A stretch of DNA of 64,000 bases from a virus (IMGVR_UViG_3300014059_000970:58805-122804); one strand, 5' to 3'. Shown: positions 9,969-19,631, counted from the stretch's first letter. The notes: generated by a model not told the origin, from the sequence alone. Numbers and translations: made by a program.

Positions 9969-10763
9969 TTAATTTGTTTTAGCTCTATAATCAGCAGATG
10001 TTGGATTGGCACCACCAGAACGGAAAGTTAATTCGCCCTTTGTTCCAATCTTTGTTGTACTATCTACTGTTTGGTCGTCTGCGCTTACTGAATCTGTTAC
10101 TGTTTGAGGATATCCGCTATCAAATGTTCCGCTATAAATATTGTATTTATCTGTTCTTATAGCTGTCGCTGTTTTGGTTGTTGCAGGAGTTAGGTGAAAA
10201 TCGGCAATTTTAGGACGACCGTAATCAGATGCTCCATATGCTAATTTACTATTTGCTTGACCATGTACTGTTGCATCATTCTTCATCATTACGAAGTTTT
10301 CGTCACCTTGGGTAGCAAATGAGCCTCTCTTAATTTTAGAAGCAATAGAAGTAAGAGTAATCATATAGGCAGTAGCTACAATATTTAGAACTACAACAGT
10401 GGTGCTTGTTACAGATACCACTCTATAATATTGAGTAAAGGCAGAATCTGATGGAAAACCAACCATATCACCAACAACTAATGAATGAGCAGAATTAAAA
10501 GTAACTTGTAAAAGACCATTTGAGGCTGCTGCGAAAGAGTCAGCTACTATGCCGGTTTGAATATCTGCTGGGCCAACGCCGTCAACTCCACCCTTAACAT
10601 CAGGAAATCCAACTTGTCCAGTAAGGTTTTCTACCCTATTTAGGACAACGCCATCTCTAACTTTTTTGGCTGTTCCAAGGTTAACATCTGTTGAACTGGC
10701 GGTAATTGCTGAACCATTATTTTGCTTATATGGTCCGCTTGTATAAAGTGTGTAATTAGACAT
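9969..10763 (-). CDS. Putative virion structural protein (paralog of 9112-9954)
   Basis: Shares the motifs listed for 9112-9954, plus an AHSLVVGDMV beta-rich module. Confidence 0.55.
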   Translation of the reverse strand: MSNYTLYTSGPYKQNNGSAITASSTDVNLGTAKKVRDGVVLNRVENLTGQVGFPDVKGGVDGVGPADIQTGIVADSFAAASNGLLQVTFNSAHSLVVGDMVGFPSDSAFTQYYRVVSVTSTTVVVLNIVATAYMITLTSIASKIKRGSFATQGDENFVMMKNDATVHGQANSKLAYGASDYGRPKIADFHLTPATTKTATAIRTDKYNIYSGTFDSGYPQTVTDSVSADDQTVDSTTKIGTKGELTFRSGGANPTSADYRAKTN

Positions 10764-10797
10764 TATTTGAGTCCATAGAAAGTGGGTTGATATCTAC

Positions 10798-11430
10798 TTA
10801 TTGATACACCAATTGGTATGATTTCAGCCTAACTCCGTATATTTTGGCCTTTTCTATGTCTTCGTATTGGGCTTTTGAACAAGAAATATTATTATAGATT
10901 GTTTTGATTTTCGGATTCTTATTCATTAGCATTTGACACATAATAAGATTATCAGTATGGTCTTCAACAAATTGGCCAGTAGCTGGAATGATATATACGA
11001 TTCCTAAATTTGATAATATATTGGCCACAGTATAGATGAGTCCATCGTAATACATGCGGTAGTCCAGAACAATGCGTAGTTCCGCTCCCTTTTCAGCGCA
11101 TATCTTTTTGTTGGCCTGAACGTCTTCAATAAACTTTTGTTTTTCGCAGTTGTAGAAATAAATAGGGTTGACGACCAAATCTACAAAATTGGCACCCCTA
11201 TTAATAGCAGAAATACAGCCGTGCTGGCGCATATAAGTATCGCCTAGACCGGCAGGATAATCTATTGGACATGCAAGTTTTATTGTTTTTGGCAATATTG
11301 CGCGAAGTTTACCAAGATAGTAGGGCGGGACAAACAGGCAGTCCATATCCATACGGATAAACTTAAAGGCTAGTTGAGTTATATCTTTTTCTGATAATGT
11401 CTGGTCGTATAAATTAGCTTCGTTGAACAA
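10798..11430 (-). CDS. DeoC/DERA-like aldolase fold, apparently lacking the Schiff-base lysine
   Basis: IDYPAG, GANFVDLVVN and LRIVLD are present, but the KTSTG motif reads IPATG. Confidence 0.7.
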   Translation of the reverse strand: MFNEANLYDQTLSEKDITQLAFKFIRMDMDCLFVPPYYLGKLRAILPKTIKLACPIDYPAGLGDTYMRQHGCISAINRGANFVDLVVNPIYFYNCEKQKFIEDVQANKKICAEKGAELRIVLDYRMYYDGLIYTVANILSNLGIVYIIPATGQFVEDHTDNLIMCQMLMNKNPKIKTIYNNISCSKAQYEDIEKAKIYGVRLKSYQLVYQ

Positions 11431-12058
11431 TTGATGTTAATCCATTAGGGTCTATTATTCTGTCAATAAAGCCGTATTTTAAAGCTTCTTCGGCAGTTAA
11501 ATACCAGTCTTCCTTTTCTTTAAAGAATGAGGCCAATTTATTTCTGACGGCCAAAACAGATTTTCCCTTAAAAAATTCGCCGTCTTTACATTTTTCCGCA
11601 TAAATATCAAGCATAAGGTCGCGCTGTTTTTTACAGATATAGGCCCAAGACTGTGCTTGTTTATGGGTTCCAGAAGCGTCTTCACTACCTTCGTGAAACA
11701 TGAACATACAATTAGGCATAGCAATGCGTTCATCCGCAGCCTGCAAAATAACTGTAGCAATAGACATTACAGAGCCATGACAGAGAATATTAATCGGCAT
11801 ACTAGACGCAGAAATGGCGTCATATATTAACATTCCGGCGTCAAATTGACCGCCTTGGCTAAATAAATGGATAAGAATTTCGGGCTCTTTTGATAATAGG
11901 GCCAGGTTTTTGATAAATCTGGTAGCAACCCTAAAATCTATACCGTCTTCACACTCTTCTTTTGTATTGTCGTGTAGGTATATTTGCCCATTGGCGGTAT
12001 CTATGCAAAAGTCATGAATTTCTTCAATCAGATTGTTTGTATCGTTTGTTCTTTTCAT
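11414..12058 (-). CDS. clpP: ClpP-like protease
   Basis: SQGG, IYD, MSIATVI (catalytic Ser), FMFHE (His) and DWYLTAEEALKYGFIDRI. Confidence 0.88.
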   Translation of the reverse strand: MKRTNDTNNLIEEIHDFCIDTANGQIYLHDNTKEECEDGIDFRVATRFIKNLALLSKEPEILIHLFSQGGQFDAGMLIYDAISASSMPINILCHGSVMSIATVILQAADERIAMPNCMFMFHEGSEDASGTHKQAQSWAYICKKQRDLMLDIYAEKCKDGEFFKGKSVLAVRNKLASFFKEKEDWYLTAEEALKYGFIDRIIDPNGLTSIVQRS

Positions 12059-12413
12059 AGTCTTTTAAGAACTTAATCACTGTATTTGTTACATTTAGCT
12101 TGATTTCCTTTTCGTCAAACCTCAATCCTACCGACATATGAAATCTATATGGGCTGATAACATCAAGAGTTTCTACGCCCAATGTATTATTTATTATAAG
12201 CGCAACAGCTTGACTAATCTTAAAATTAGTGTGGCCAGTCCATAATCTGTACTTTTTTAGTTGATAAAACGGATTAATCTGTTGTGGAAAGACTTGGGCT
12301 AATTGAAAATTTTCTGCGCCTTCGTCTTCAAATTCGCCACTTTCTTCATATTCATCATTTTCATCTTCTTCGTCAGGAAATTTAAACTTTTCCCATCCTA
12401 TCTCATAATTCAT
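12024..12413 (-). CDS. Hypothetical acidic protein
   Basis: ORF overlapping both neighbours. Confidence 0.55.
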   Translation of the reverse strand: MNYEIGWEKFKFPDEEDENDEYEESGEFEDEGAENFQLAQVFPQQINPFYQLKKYRLWTGHTNFKISQAVALIINNTLGVETLDVISPYRFHMSVGLRFDEKEIKLNVTNTVIKFLKDYEKNKRYKQSD

Positions 12414-13285
12414 ACGGCTACCTCCATTGAAATCTTCGGTGCGTGATTATAATTGTGAATCTCCATATCTTTATGGGTCCAGCGCCATATATTCTGCCAA
12501 TTAATTAACTCTAGTGTTGGTAATGGTTTAGGTTCTCTTGTTAGTTGTTCTTTTGCCCCGTCAATATGGTTTTCGTATATATGACAGTCACATAACATTC
12601 CAGAAAGATTGCCTGGAGTCATATTTGCTTCTTTACATAGAAGTTCTAATAATAGGGCGTAACTAGCAATATTGAACGGAACGCCCAACATTAAATCACA
12701 ACTGCGCTGAGTCCAGTGTAAGTTTAAGACTCCGTCTAAATGAGTAACTACGAACATTAAATGACATGGAGGAAGTGCCATTTCGTTAATCTGTAATGGA
12801 TTCCAAGCAGAACATACCATTCTTCTGTCATCTGGATTATAGTGTAATTTTCTTACTATTTCATATAACTGGTCATTATGATAAGGATATACAATAGCCC
12901 CGTTTGGAACATCCGTATAGTCCTGTGTTTTAGACTTTTTAGCAATATATTTCTGATTAAAACTTCTCCATTGAAACCCGTAAATTGGGCCAAGGTCTGT
13001 TTTATCTTCTTCTCTCCACAATTCTTTGGGCTTATTCCATTCGTCCCAAATATGACAACCCCTTTCCTGATACCAGTCCTTATCAGTAACTCCACCAATA
13101 AATCCTTCTAGCTCAACCGCCATAGCCTTAACGGCCATTTTCTTGGTAGTAAGTAGAGGAAACCCATCCGCCATATCGTGCGAAAAATGTACATTTGGTA
13201 CAACTAGAGTCCTAACTCCAGTTCTATTTCCTTTCCATCTACCTTTGTCTAATACTGTTTGAACTATATCAAGATATGACCGCAT
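12410..13285 (-). CDS. thyA: Thymidylate synthase
   Basis: RTG, FPLLTTKK, LGPIYGFQWR, MALPPCH, QRSCD, GVPFNIASY and HIYENH. Confidence 0.97.
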   Translation of the reverse strand: MRSYLDIVQTVLDKGRWKGNRTGVRTLVVPNVHFSHDMADGFPLLTTKKMAVKAMAVELEGFIGGVTDKDWYQERGCHIWDEWNKPKELWREEDKTDLGPIYGFQWRSFNQKYIAKKSKTQDYTDVPNGAIVYPYHNDQLYEIVRKLHYNPDDRRMVCSAWNPLQINEMALPPCHLMFVVTHLDGVLNLHWTQRSCDLMLGVPFNIASYALLLELLCKEANMTPGNLSGMLCDCHIYENHIDGAKEQLTREPKPLPTLELINWQNIWRWTHKDMEIHNYNHAPKISMEVAV

Positions 13286-13288
13286 GTT

Positions 13289-13684
13289 TTACTCCCTAAA
13301 TATACTTGATTGTCTAAAAACTTTTAGTGGCTGCACTAATGGTTCGTCGAGTAACAATTCGCTATGTTCTTTCATTAAGTCGTTTGTTTCTTTCCATACC
13401 AATATAACATCTTCAACGAACTGTCTTCCTTCTGGATTGCCCTTCATATATTCATCTAATATGGAAACAATTTCCTTTGTATATTTCCCAGAATTTAAAT
13501 CCGACAATAATGCGCCAAATTCTATAGCAAGGTCAGTGTCGTCTTCTGGTTGACACTTCCAATCAAACTCTACATTTGTTTTGCCATTTTCTACAGTAAA
13601 TGTAATTCGGGCGTAATTTTCATCTTCTAGAAAATCTTCTGGCTCTACGACTTTTTCTTCTTCTTGTTTTTTAAACGGCCACAT
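13289..13684 (-). CDS. Hypothetical protein
   Basis: ORF with a GGAG SD, in operon context. Confidence 0.55.
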   Translation of the reverse strand: MWPFKKQEEEKVVEPEDFLEDENYARITFTVENGKTNVEFDWKCQPEDDTDLAIEFGALLSDLNSGKYTKEIVSILDEYMKGNPEGRQFVEDVILVWKETNDLMKEHSELLLDEPLVQPLKVFRQSSIFRE

Positions 13685-14124
13685 ATAATTTCTCCTATTT
13701 CTTCTATAGGCACTAGTATTGTCATAATATGCTCTATTGTATAAAGTTTAAGACTTGCATTCCCGTCGCCAGCCTTTTTAATATCTCTTTTTGGCTCTGC
13801 TGTATTAACAAAATTTCTCAAATCTTCCGTTTTAACAACATATATAATACCGGAAATTATATGACACCAAATATCTGATTTAGTTATATTGATACCGCTT
13901 GGTTTATCAGATTTTGGATTGTAATATTCTATGGCGACATTACCACTTTTACCAGAATATAGGTCGTTCTTAATTTCAACCGTACCAATACCATTTATAA
14001 TTAAATCATAGTCGCTTCGTAGGCTCTTATCTGAATTAAATTCACATTCATAACCCATCTCTTCTAAAACTTTTTTAACTCTCTTTTCGCCATTTTTGCC
14101 GTCTTCTAAATCTTTAAGAATCAT
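13645..14124 (-). CDS. PD-(D/E)XK nuclease-like protein
   Basis: GE...YDL...VEIKND...SGNVAIEY...PSGI...SDIW. Confidence 0.65.
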   Translation of the reverse strand: MILKDLEDGKNGEKRVKKVLEEMGYECEFNSDKSLRSDYDLIINGIGTVEIKNDLYSGKSGNVAIEYYNPKSDKPSGINITKSDIWCHIISGIIYVVKTEDLRNFVNTAEPKRDIKKAGDGNASLKLYTIEHIMTILVPIEEIGEIICGRLKNKKKKKS

Positions 14125-14657
14125 TCAGTCTTACCTATTTTATTTAACCCCCTTCTAATAGTGGACTTAACGCATTCTTTAGAAACGCCAAGGTTCTCTG
14201 ATATATAGGCCAGTCCTTTATTAGAAAAGTATAAGTTCATACATTTCTTTTCTTTTTCTGTTAAGACTGGTGACTTTTCTATCTTATTTAGAAGAGCTTC
14301 TAGTTTATCGTTAAATTCGACCAAGTCTGGCCCAATAACGTCCGGTATAGTTTCTAATAACTCCATTGTATCTGTAATATTGAAGTTTAAAGAAACTGGC
14401 TTCTTTTTCTCTTTGTTAAGCATCGACCTAACACACCAAACAACTCTTTGTTTACGATATCCTACTAAACTTCCTCGCCCATCCCAGTGCATATCTCCCT
14501 GTATAACAGCAGAGACTACCTCTCCAAACTTATCGTTGTCCTTAAATATCCATCCCGATATCTTTGGAAACGAGGCGTTTAGAATCTTTTTTGCTATCAG
14601 TTCATATTCAGGCAAGCTTAAATAATTTCTAGTAGTTTCTTTGCTGAATTCTCCCAA
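14121..14657 (-). CDS. Sigma-70-like factor (region 2 plus region 4 HTH)
   Basis: WDGRGSLVGY (region 2-like) and LTEKEK...ISENLGVSKECVKSTIRRGLNKI (region 4). Confidence 0.7.
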   Translation of the reverse strand: MGEFSKETTRNYLSLPEYELIAKKILNASFPKISGWIFKDNDKFGEVVSAVIQGDMHWDGRGSLVGYRKQRVVWCVRSMLNKEKKKPVSLNFNITDTMELLETIPDVIGPDLVEFNDKLEALLNKIEKSPVLTEKEKKCMNLYFSNKGLAYISENLGVSKECVKSTIRRGLNKIGKTE

Positions 14658-15664
14658 GTAAAACTCCTTCCAGTTGCGATACCCTCATTATTATAGGGTC
14701 GGTTCTTGTAACAGTATCTCATATGTTCGATAATTTGCTCTTTTTGGGACTCTCCGATATAGGCCCAATTACCCTTATTCCCGTCGAACCAAATGCCGTC
14801 ATAAGCAGGTTCAACATCGTCTATTTCGACAAGATAAGAATTGTCTTTATTGCAAAACTCTGTATGGGCGGAATAATTCGTAGCTATGACTGACTTTCCA
14901 CACGCCATAGATTCTAGTAATTCTAGATTCCAACCCTCTGCTTTTGCTGGGAAAACTCCACAGTCCATTCTTCTAATAAAATCGCCTATATCTTGATGAG
15001 TATTTGCCCTTGGATGTATAAATACCTTTTCGTGCAGGTCGCAATCTTCACAAACATCTATCCAAGAGCGAACTTGTTGTTCATTTAGAAAAGGATTATG
15101 ACATACCATATGAAGTTCTACATCATCATGATGTTCAAAAGCCCTATTAAAACATTCGACTATAACATCGTGGGCTTTTCTAATCTCCCATTTTCCAATG
15201 GTGAAAAACCTATATGTTCCAGTATGTTTGTCACTACCTGGAAAGAAAATATCCGTATCAATACCAAGTGGTACGACGGATACTTTTTGCTTCACGAATT
15301 GTTCTAGAACGGTTTTTGCCCATTGACTACAAACGATGTGTTCGTCGGGTGTAGATAAGCTGAAAAGTTCTGGCGTAGAAAAGTTGTCTAGCTCAAAGAT
15401 TGGGAAGCCAAAATATTTGCCTCGACCAATCCTATCAATTAACTGATGTTGGTGCCAGATTTTAACAGTTGGAGAAGAAAAGTCTGTGGCGAAATTGGCG
15501 TTTGTTCGATTAAAAACATCTTCAATCTTCTTGTCTGTAATCTCTACTCCACCAATAGGAAATAAATCTACTTGAACTAATTTATCTAGCTCAAATAGAA
15601 TATTTGTTCCGGCTACTCCATAACCCATTTGGTTTATAGGGAATTGTGCTATTATTTCTTTCAT
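14618..15664 (-). CDS. GT4-family glycosyltransferase
   Basis: VPLGID, GKWEIRK and EGWNLELLESMACG (EX7E). Confidence 0.9.
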   Translation of the reverse strand: MKEIIAQFPINQMGYGVAGTNILFELDKLVQVDLFPIGGVEITDKKIEDVFNRTNANFATDFSSPTVKIWHQHQLIDRIGRGKYFGFPIFELDNFSTPELFSLSTPDEHIVCSQWAKTVLEQFVKQKVSVVPLGIDTDIFFPGSDKHTGTYRFFTIGKWEIRKAHDVIVECFNRAFEHHDDVELHMVCHNPFLNEQQVRSWIDVCEDCDLHEKVFIHPRANTHQDIGDFIRRMDCGVFPAKAEGWNLELLESMACGKSVIATNYSAHTEFCNKDNSYLVEIDDVEPAYDGIWFDGNKGNWAYIGESQKEQIIEHMRYCYKNRPYNNEGIATGRSFTWENSAKKLLEII

Positions 15665-16614
15665 ACTTGAACGTAGTCTATATTCTTTCTATACTCATCT
15701 AAATTACGGGCATTAAAATAAGACATACTAGAGCGTAGTCCTTCACTAAATCTATTTAGTAGTTCTTTTACTGTCTCTTCTTTATATTCTAACAAAGTGG
15801 TTCGCCCTTCAATATATCGGGGCACATCTTTGTAGATTTGCTGTGTCTTTTCTGAAGCGGAGCCGCTGTATTGTGTATACCGTTTTCCGCCCTTATTAAT
15901 CTTTTCAGCAGGGCTTTCTTTGGTATTAGCTAGAAGCGAACCGAACATCGCAACATCCGCACCAAAAATCACGGCCTTACAGAAGTCGCCCGGTTCTTTA
16001 ATTCCGCCATCAGCAATAATAGAGATATGTCTATCTTGACGCCCATGATAAGTTTCTTTGATAAGGCTAATCATTGGCTGATAGATGCCCGTTGCGTTTT
16101 TAGTAGTGCATCCAGCACCACCAGCAACTCCAACCCTAACAGCGTTTGCTTTGGAAAATTCTAGAAACAAGAAACCTTCTGTTGACACAGTGTTTCCAAC
16201 TATAACATATGTGTCTTCATCAAGGCGGATTTTATTAATAATGGGCTGGATATTCCAGTTTGCTCCAGAAGCCACATCAATACAGAAAATTCTGCATCCG
16301 GCCTTATACAGAGCATTATAGCGTTCTTCCCAGTCATTATTAATTCCCACAGCACAACCAGCACCAGGAGCCTTCTTGTATTCTGCAACTTGTTGTGCTA
16401 CACTAGAAAAGCGATGAATAATGCCAAAGGCTCCATTATCCATCATTATACTTGCAAGATAGCCGTCGCAAACATCTTTCATTGGACTGGCTATAATTGG
16501 AATAGATAACTTCGTACCGCAGAATTCAACAGAAGTATCTATTTCGTCTCTACTTGAGATAGTTGAGACCTGACGGGAAACGAGACTTACATCTTTGTAG
16601 TCTAGGGCTTTCAT
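15661..16614 (-). CDS. GMP reductase / IMP dehydrogenase family
   Basis: ASPM, GIIHR, IDVASG, GVAGGAGCTT, IIADGGIK and GLRSSMSY. No CBS domain. Confidence 0.88.
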   Translation of the reverse strand: MKALDYKDVSLVSRQVSTISSRDEIDTSVEFCGTKLSIPIIASPMKDVCDGYLASIMMDNGAFGIIHRFSSVAQQVAEYKKAPGAGCAVGINNDWEERYNALYKAGCRIFCIDVASGANWNIQPIINKIRLDEDTYVIVGNTVSTEGFLFLEFSKANAVRVGVAGGAGCTTKNATGIYQPMISLIKETYHGRQDRHISIIADGGIKEPGDFCKAVIFGADVAMFGSLLANTKESPAEKINKGGKRYTQYSGSASEKTQQIYKDVPRYIEGRTTLLEYKEETVKELLNRFSEGLRSSMSYFNARNLDEYRKNIDYVQV

Positions 16615-16651
16615 AGAACCTTTCTTGTGTCATGCTTGGTGCTGTTCTTTT

Positions 16652-16679
16652 ATTATACCAGAACTATTTCAGTTGTCAA
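16652..16679 (-). promoter_or_regulatory. Sigma70-type promoter
   Basis: TTGACA-N16-TATAAT on the minus strand. Confidence 0.7.
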
Positions 16680-16697
16680 GTGGCAAATTTAAATTTT

Positions 16698-17144
16698 CTA
16701 AAGCCCCGACGAGCCGAACCCGTTATCTCCACGGCTAGTTATGTCGACTGTATTAACGAAGTCAAACTCTACTTCAACTTCACGTTGAATAATCATTTGG
16801 GCAATTTTAGAACCGGCCGGCAATTCTACCGGCTTTTCAGAGTGATTAATAAGAGCGACTTTAATTTCTCCCCTATAAGAGCTATCAATTAGTCCAGCTA
16901 AAACGTCAATACCGTTTTTGACAGCTAGACCAGAACGAGGCCAAATAAGCCCATATATTCCATCTGGAAAATTGCATACTAGGCCAGTATTAACTAAAAT
17001 ACGTTCTCCTGGCCAAATTACTACATCTTCAATAGAGAACAAATCCCATCCATTATTTCCTTTGTCTTTTCTTGGTAATTTTACGTCAACATCACGTTCT
17101 GGTAATACCACACCAATAAAATATTCGCCACCGTCCTCAGACAT
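16698..17144 (-). CDS. dut: dUTPase (trimeric)
   Basis: GWDL, PRSGLA, GLIDSSYRGEI, KIAQ and RGDNGFGSSG. Confidence 0.95.
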   Translation of the reverse strand: MSEDGGEYFIGVVLPERDVDVKLPRKDKGNNGWDLFSIEDVVIWPGERILVNTGLVCNFPDGIYGLIWPRSGLAVKNGIDVLAGLIDSSYRGEIKVALINHSEKPVELPAGSKIAQMIIQREVEVEFDFVNTVDITSRGDNGFGSSGL

Positions 17145-17304
17145 CAGTTCTCCTTATAAACCTAAAATCAATTAATTCTCCACTAGAATCTACTTTTACC
17201 AAATCTGGAGTATCAGATTCGCATGGAGGGTCACGCCCTTCTTCTGGAGTTTGAACTATATCAAACGACCAGTATTTCTTAATTAAGAATCCTAATTTAA
17301 TCAT
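17137..17304 (-). CDS. Small hypothetical protein (55 aa, not in ORF track)
   Basis: Hand-translated MIKLGFLIKKYW...RRTDV*. Overlaps the dut start. Confidence 0.35.
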   Translation of the reverse strand: MIKLGFLIKKYWSFDIVQTPEEGRDPPCESDTPDLVKVDSSGELIDFRFIRRTDV

Positions 17305-17306
17305 AG

Positions 17307-17379
17307 TAGGGGCTGTCGGGGTCGAACCGACGCTACATAGTTCTTAAAACTATTGACTCTACCTTTGGTCTAAACCCCC
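17307..17379 (-). tRNA. tRNA-Leu(TAA), short variable arm
   Basis: Cloverleaf with ATAGT-TTTAAGA-ACTAT and T arm GTCGG-TTCGACC-CCGAC. Confidence 0.9.
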
Positions 17380-17383
17380 AAAG

Positions 17384-17456
17384 TACCATCTGTGGGATTC
17401 GGACCCACACTGTCAAATTTTTGAAATTTGTGACTCTGCCGTTGGTCTAAGATGGT
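17384..17456 (-). tRNA. tRNA-Leu(CAA), short variable arm
   Basis: ACCATCT/AGATGGT acceptor and CAAAT-TTCAAAA-ATTTG. Confidence 0.9.
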
Positions 17457-17461
17457 TCAAG

Positions 17462-17534
17462 TAGTTCCGGTCGGATTTGAACCGACACATTTTACGTTCT
17501 AAGCGTAATGCCTCTGCCGTTGGGCTACGGAACC
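17462..17534 (-). tRNA. tRNA-Leu(TAG), short variable arm
   Basis: GGTTCCG/CGGAACT and TTACG-CTTAGAA-CGTAA. Confidence 0.92.
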
Positions 17535-17610
17535 ATAAGTATTATACACTAATCCTCGTTAGGAATAGCGGAAATTATAAAAACCCAGATAATTAAAAGC
17601 CAAAAGAACA

Positions 17611-18069
17611 TCATATCTTTGTCCTCATTAATTTGTCCACCCAAAAGAAGCAAACCCCAAAATTCTTATTTGGATGTTCGTGATGCTTAATGTGGTGGTC
17701 GTACATCTTCCAATAAAACGGCCTCCAAACCATCCAATTTATTTCTAACCCATGAATCGCCCTGTGTGCTTTTGTCCATAAGTATGAATGATAAACCATT
17801 ATAGTAAGCCAACCCAATAAAGCTGGAATTGAAAAATATGCCAAGACAGCAATAATTGGGGAACTTAATATTAGATGATACCAAATCGGCAAATCAATAT
17901 TTAGGTCTAAACGCTCATCCTTATGGTGCAGAATCGCGTGATTTTCAAAAACATCGTCAAACCAGCCTTTAGGAAAGAATCTCTTATGCATTGTCCATCT
18001 ATGTAATGTATATTCTGCTACGGCCATTACTAGATATGATACGAACAATGATACAAAAAATGTTATCAT
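17611..18069 (-). CDS. Fatty acid hydroxylase / sterol desaturase family membrane protein
   Basis: His boxes EYTLHRWTMH, HAILHH, HRAIH and HHIKHH...KNFG. Confidence 0.85.
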   Translation of the reverse strand: MITFFVSLFVSYLVMAVAEYTLHRWTMHKRFFPKGWFDDVFENHAILHHKDERLDLNIDLPIWYHLILSSPIIAVLAYFSIPALLGWLTIMVYHSYLWTKAHRAIHGLEINWMVWRPFYWKMYDHHIKHHEHPNKNFGVCFFWVDKLMRTKI

Positions 18070-18455
18070 ATATGATATTGCGTGCCACGTTCTATAAAAT
18101 GCTCCTCGCAGTCTTCAAACTCGAAGGTCTTCCGTGCAAATTCCTTGGCTATTTCCGTATCTAGCTCACCGCATGTATAAATGTCTAAAGTAATGAAGCG
18201 CTTTGGCTCAACAGAATGAATCATTATACCAGACTCAATCAAAAATATTGCACCAGAAACGCCAGCCTTATCTGGAAAGACTTCTATTAGATTTTTGTCT
18301 CTTGGTCCGTGAATTACAAATGGCGGAATAGTTGGCGTCATCTTAATTAGAACGACCAATTCTTCTAGGAATCTGTAAATTAACTCTAAATCGTCAGCAG
18401 AGCCAACTCTGCAATTGTACATATCTAATAGATAGCTTCTTCCAAATGGTTTCAT
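18066..18455 (-). CDS. speD: S-adenosylmethionine decarboxylase proenzyme
   Basis: GVSGAIFLIES (pyruvoyl cleavage site), IHS.P, LDIYTCG and IERG. Confidence 0.82.
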   Translation of the reverse strand: MKPFGRSYLLDMYNCRVGSADDLELIYRFLEELVVLIKMTPTIPPFVIHGPRDKNLIEVFPDKAGVSGAIFLIESGIMIHSVEPKRFITLDIYTCGELDTEIAKEFARKTFEFEDCEEHFIERGTQYHI

Positions 18456-19279
18456 TTAATATACTTAAGGTCTGGAGGATAGTGGAAAATTATTAATTCA
18501 TTAACTTTAGCTTGATTCCCTAATGTCACAGCATTTGCTACGGCCTTTGATAGTCTAGAACCTTGAGCCCTAGCCATTTCAAATCCCATTTTTGTTCCGC
18601 GTTTTGCCGCGTTGACAACGATAGTGTTGTGGTCTGCACTTAATGAAGTGTCTGATTTTAGAGCGTTATTCTTAACCCCAAAACGGCCACCAAGTTCTTT
18701 AATGCCAAATTCTACAATGCCATTTACATAACCCCTTGCTGCCTTTTGACCACTAATGGCTAGCCATAAAGTTTGTGTAGTAAATGACCTAGCCGCTGCA
18801 TCAATAAAGTCTTCATAAGCACTAATTATTCTGCCGTCGTTTTTTAGTCCCCACTTTGGGTCTGGATGCATTTCTTCGGAAGTACCACCACGAGTTCCGC
18901 CAGTAATATGAATGTGCTTACATAGCTGGTGTTTATTATATCTATCTCCTAATTCCTCATAGATAGCAGTGACATATTCAATATTTCTGAGCGACCAAGG
19001 TAATGGCGCGTCGTTTATCTTTTCGCTAGACGGTAGACTATCTACTAACCATTGAGCCGTACTATCTCCAGACATTGGAAGTAAACTAAAGGGCTTATTT
19101 GCCTTTTCCATTCTGGCTACGCAACGGTCGATAAAAGAAAAGTCCCACTTACTAGCAGTTGGCCTAATCCAGTCGCCTCTAAATCTAATAGCCATTCCTT
19201 CAACTTTTGGTAACATAATATCGTTTATAGATACTTCACGACCGTCGCCAGGTTGTAATATAAAATCCTTTATAATCAT
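18452..19279 (-). CDS. Glycoside-hydrolase-like TIM-barrel protein
   Basis: IRP...WDFSFID, PLPW, LGDRYN and SEEMH resemble clan GH-A folds. Confidence 0.5.
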   Translation of the reverse strand: MIIKDFILQPGDGREVSINDIMLPKVEGMAIRFRGDWIRPTASKWDFSFIDRCVARMEKANKPFSLLPMSGDSTAQWLVDSLPSSEKINDAPLPWSLRNIEYVTAIYEELGDRYNKHQLCKHIHITGGTRGGTSEEMHPDPKWGLKNDGRIISAYEDFIDAAARSFTTQTLWLAISGQKAARGYVNGIVEFGIKELGGRFGVKNNALKSDTSLSADHNTIVVNAAKRGTKMGFEMARAQGSRLSKAVANAVTLGNQAKVNELIIFHYPPDLKYIK

Positions 19280-19308
19280 TTTTTATTCCTTTGTAATTGT
19301 TAGTAAAA

Positions 19309-19380
19309 TAACTCCAGTAAGAATCGAACTTACATCTGAACTTTAGGAAAGTGCCGTGTTATCCATTACACTATGAAGTC
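19309..19380 (-). tRNA. tRNA-Arg(CCT)
   Basis: Cloverleaf with loop TTCCTAA and T loop TTCGATT. Confidence 0.88.
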
Positions 19381-19549
19381 TCTTTTTAAACTCTATCTGA
19401 TGTTCGTAATGAAGCGAATACCATAAGGGGTCCATTTCATCTCTTAATTTATCAGCTTCTTCACTATCTAAATCCAACTGCATTAACTCGTTGTGTAGAA
19501 CCCACAAACGGTCAAAAGTTTCTTGTTGAATTTTACTATAATTTTCCAT
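19343..19549 (-). CDS. Hypothetical protein (start MENYSK; 3' end overlaps tRNA-Arg)
   Basis: ORF filling the gap between two tRNAs. Confidence 0.45.
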   Translation of the reverse strand: MENYSKIQQETFDRLWVLHNELMQLDLDSEEADKLRDEMDPLWYSLHYEHQIEFKKRLHSVMDNTALS

Positions 19550-19559
19550 AAAAACCCCA

Positions 19560-19631
19560 AGTCGATTATAGGAATTGAACCTATCTCTCAAACTTACCAA
19601 GTTTGAATAATATCCACTATACTAAACCGAC
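19560..19631 (-). tRNA. tRNA-Thr(GGT)
   Basis: GTCGGTT/AATCGAC and CAAAC-TTGGTAA-GTTTG. Confidence 0.9.
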
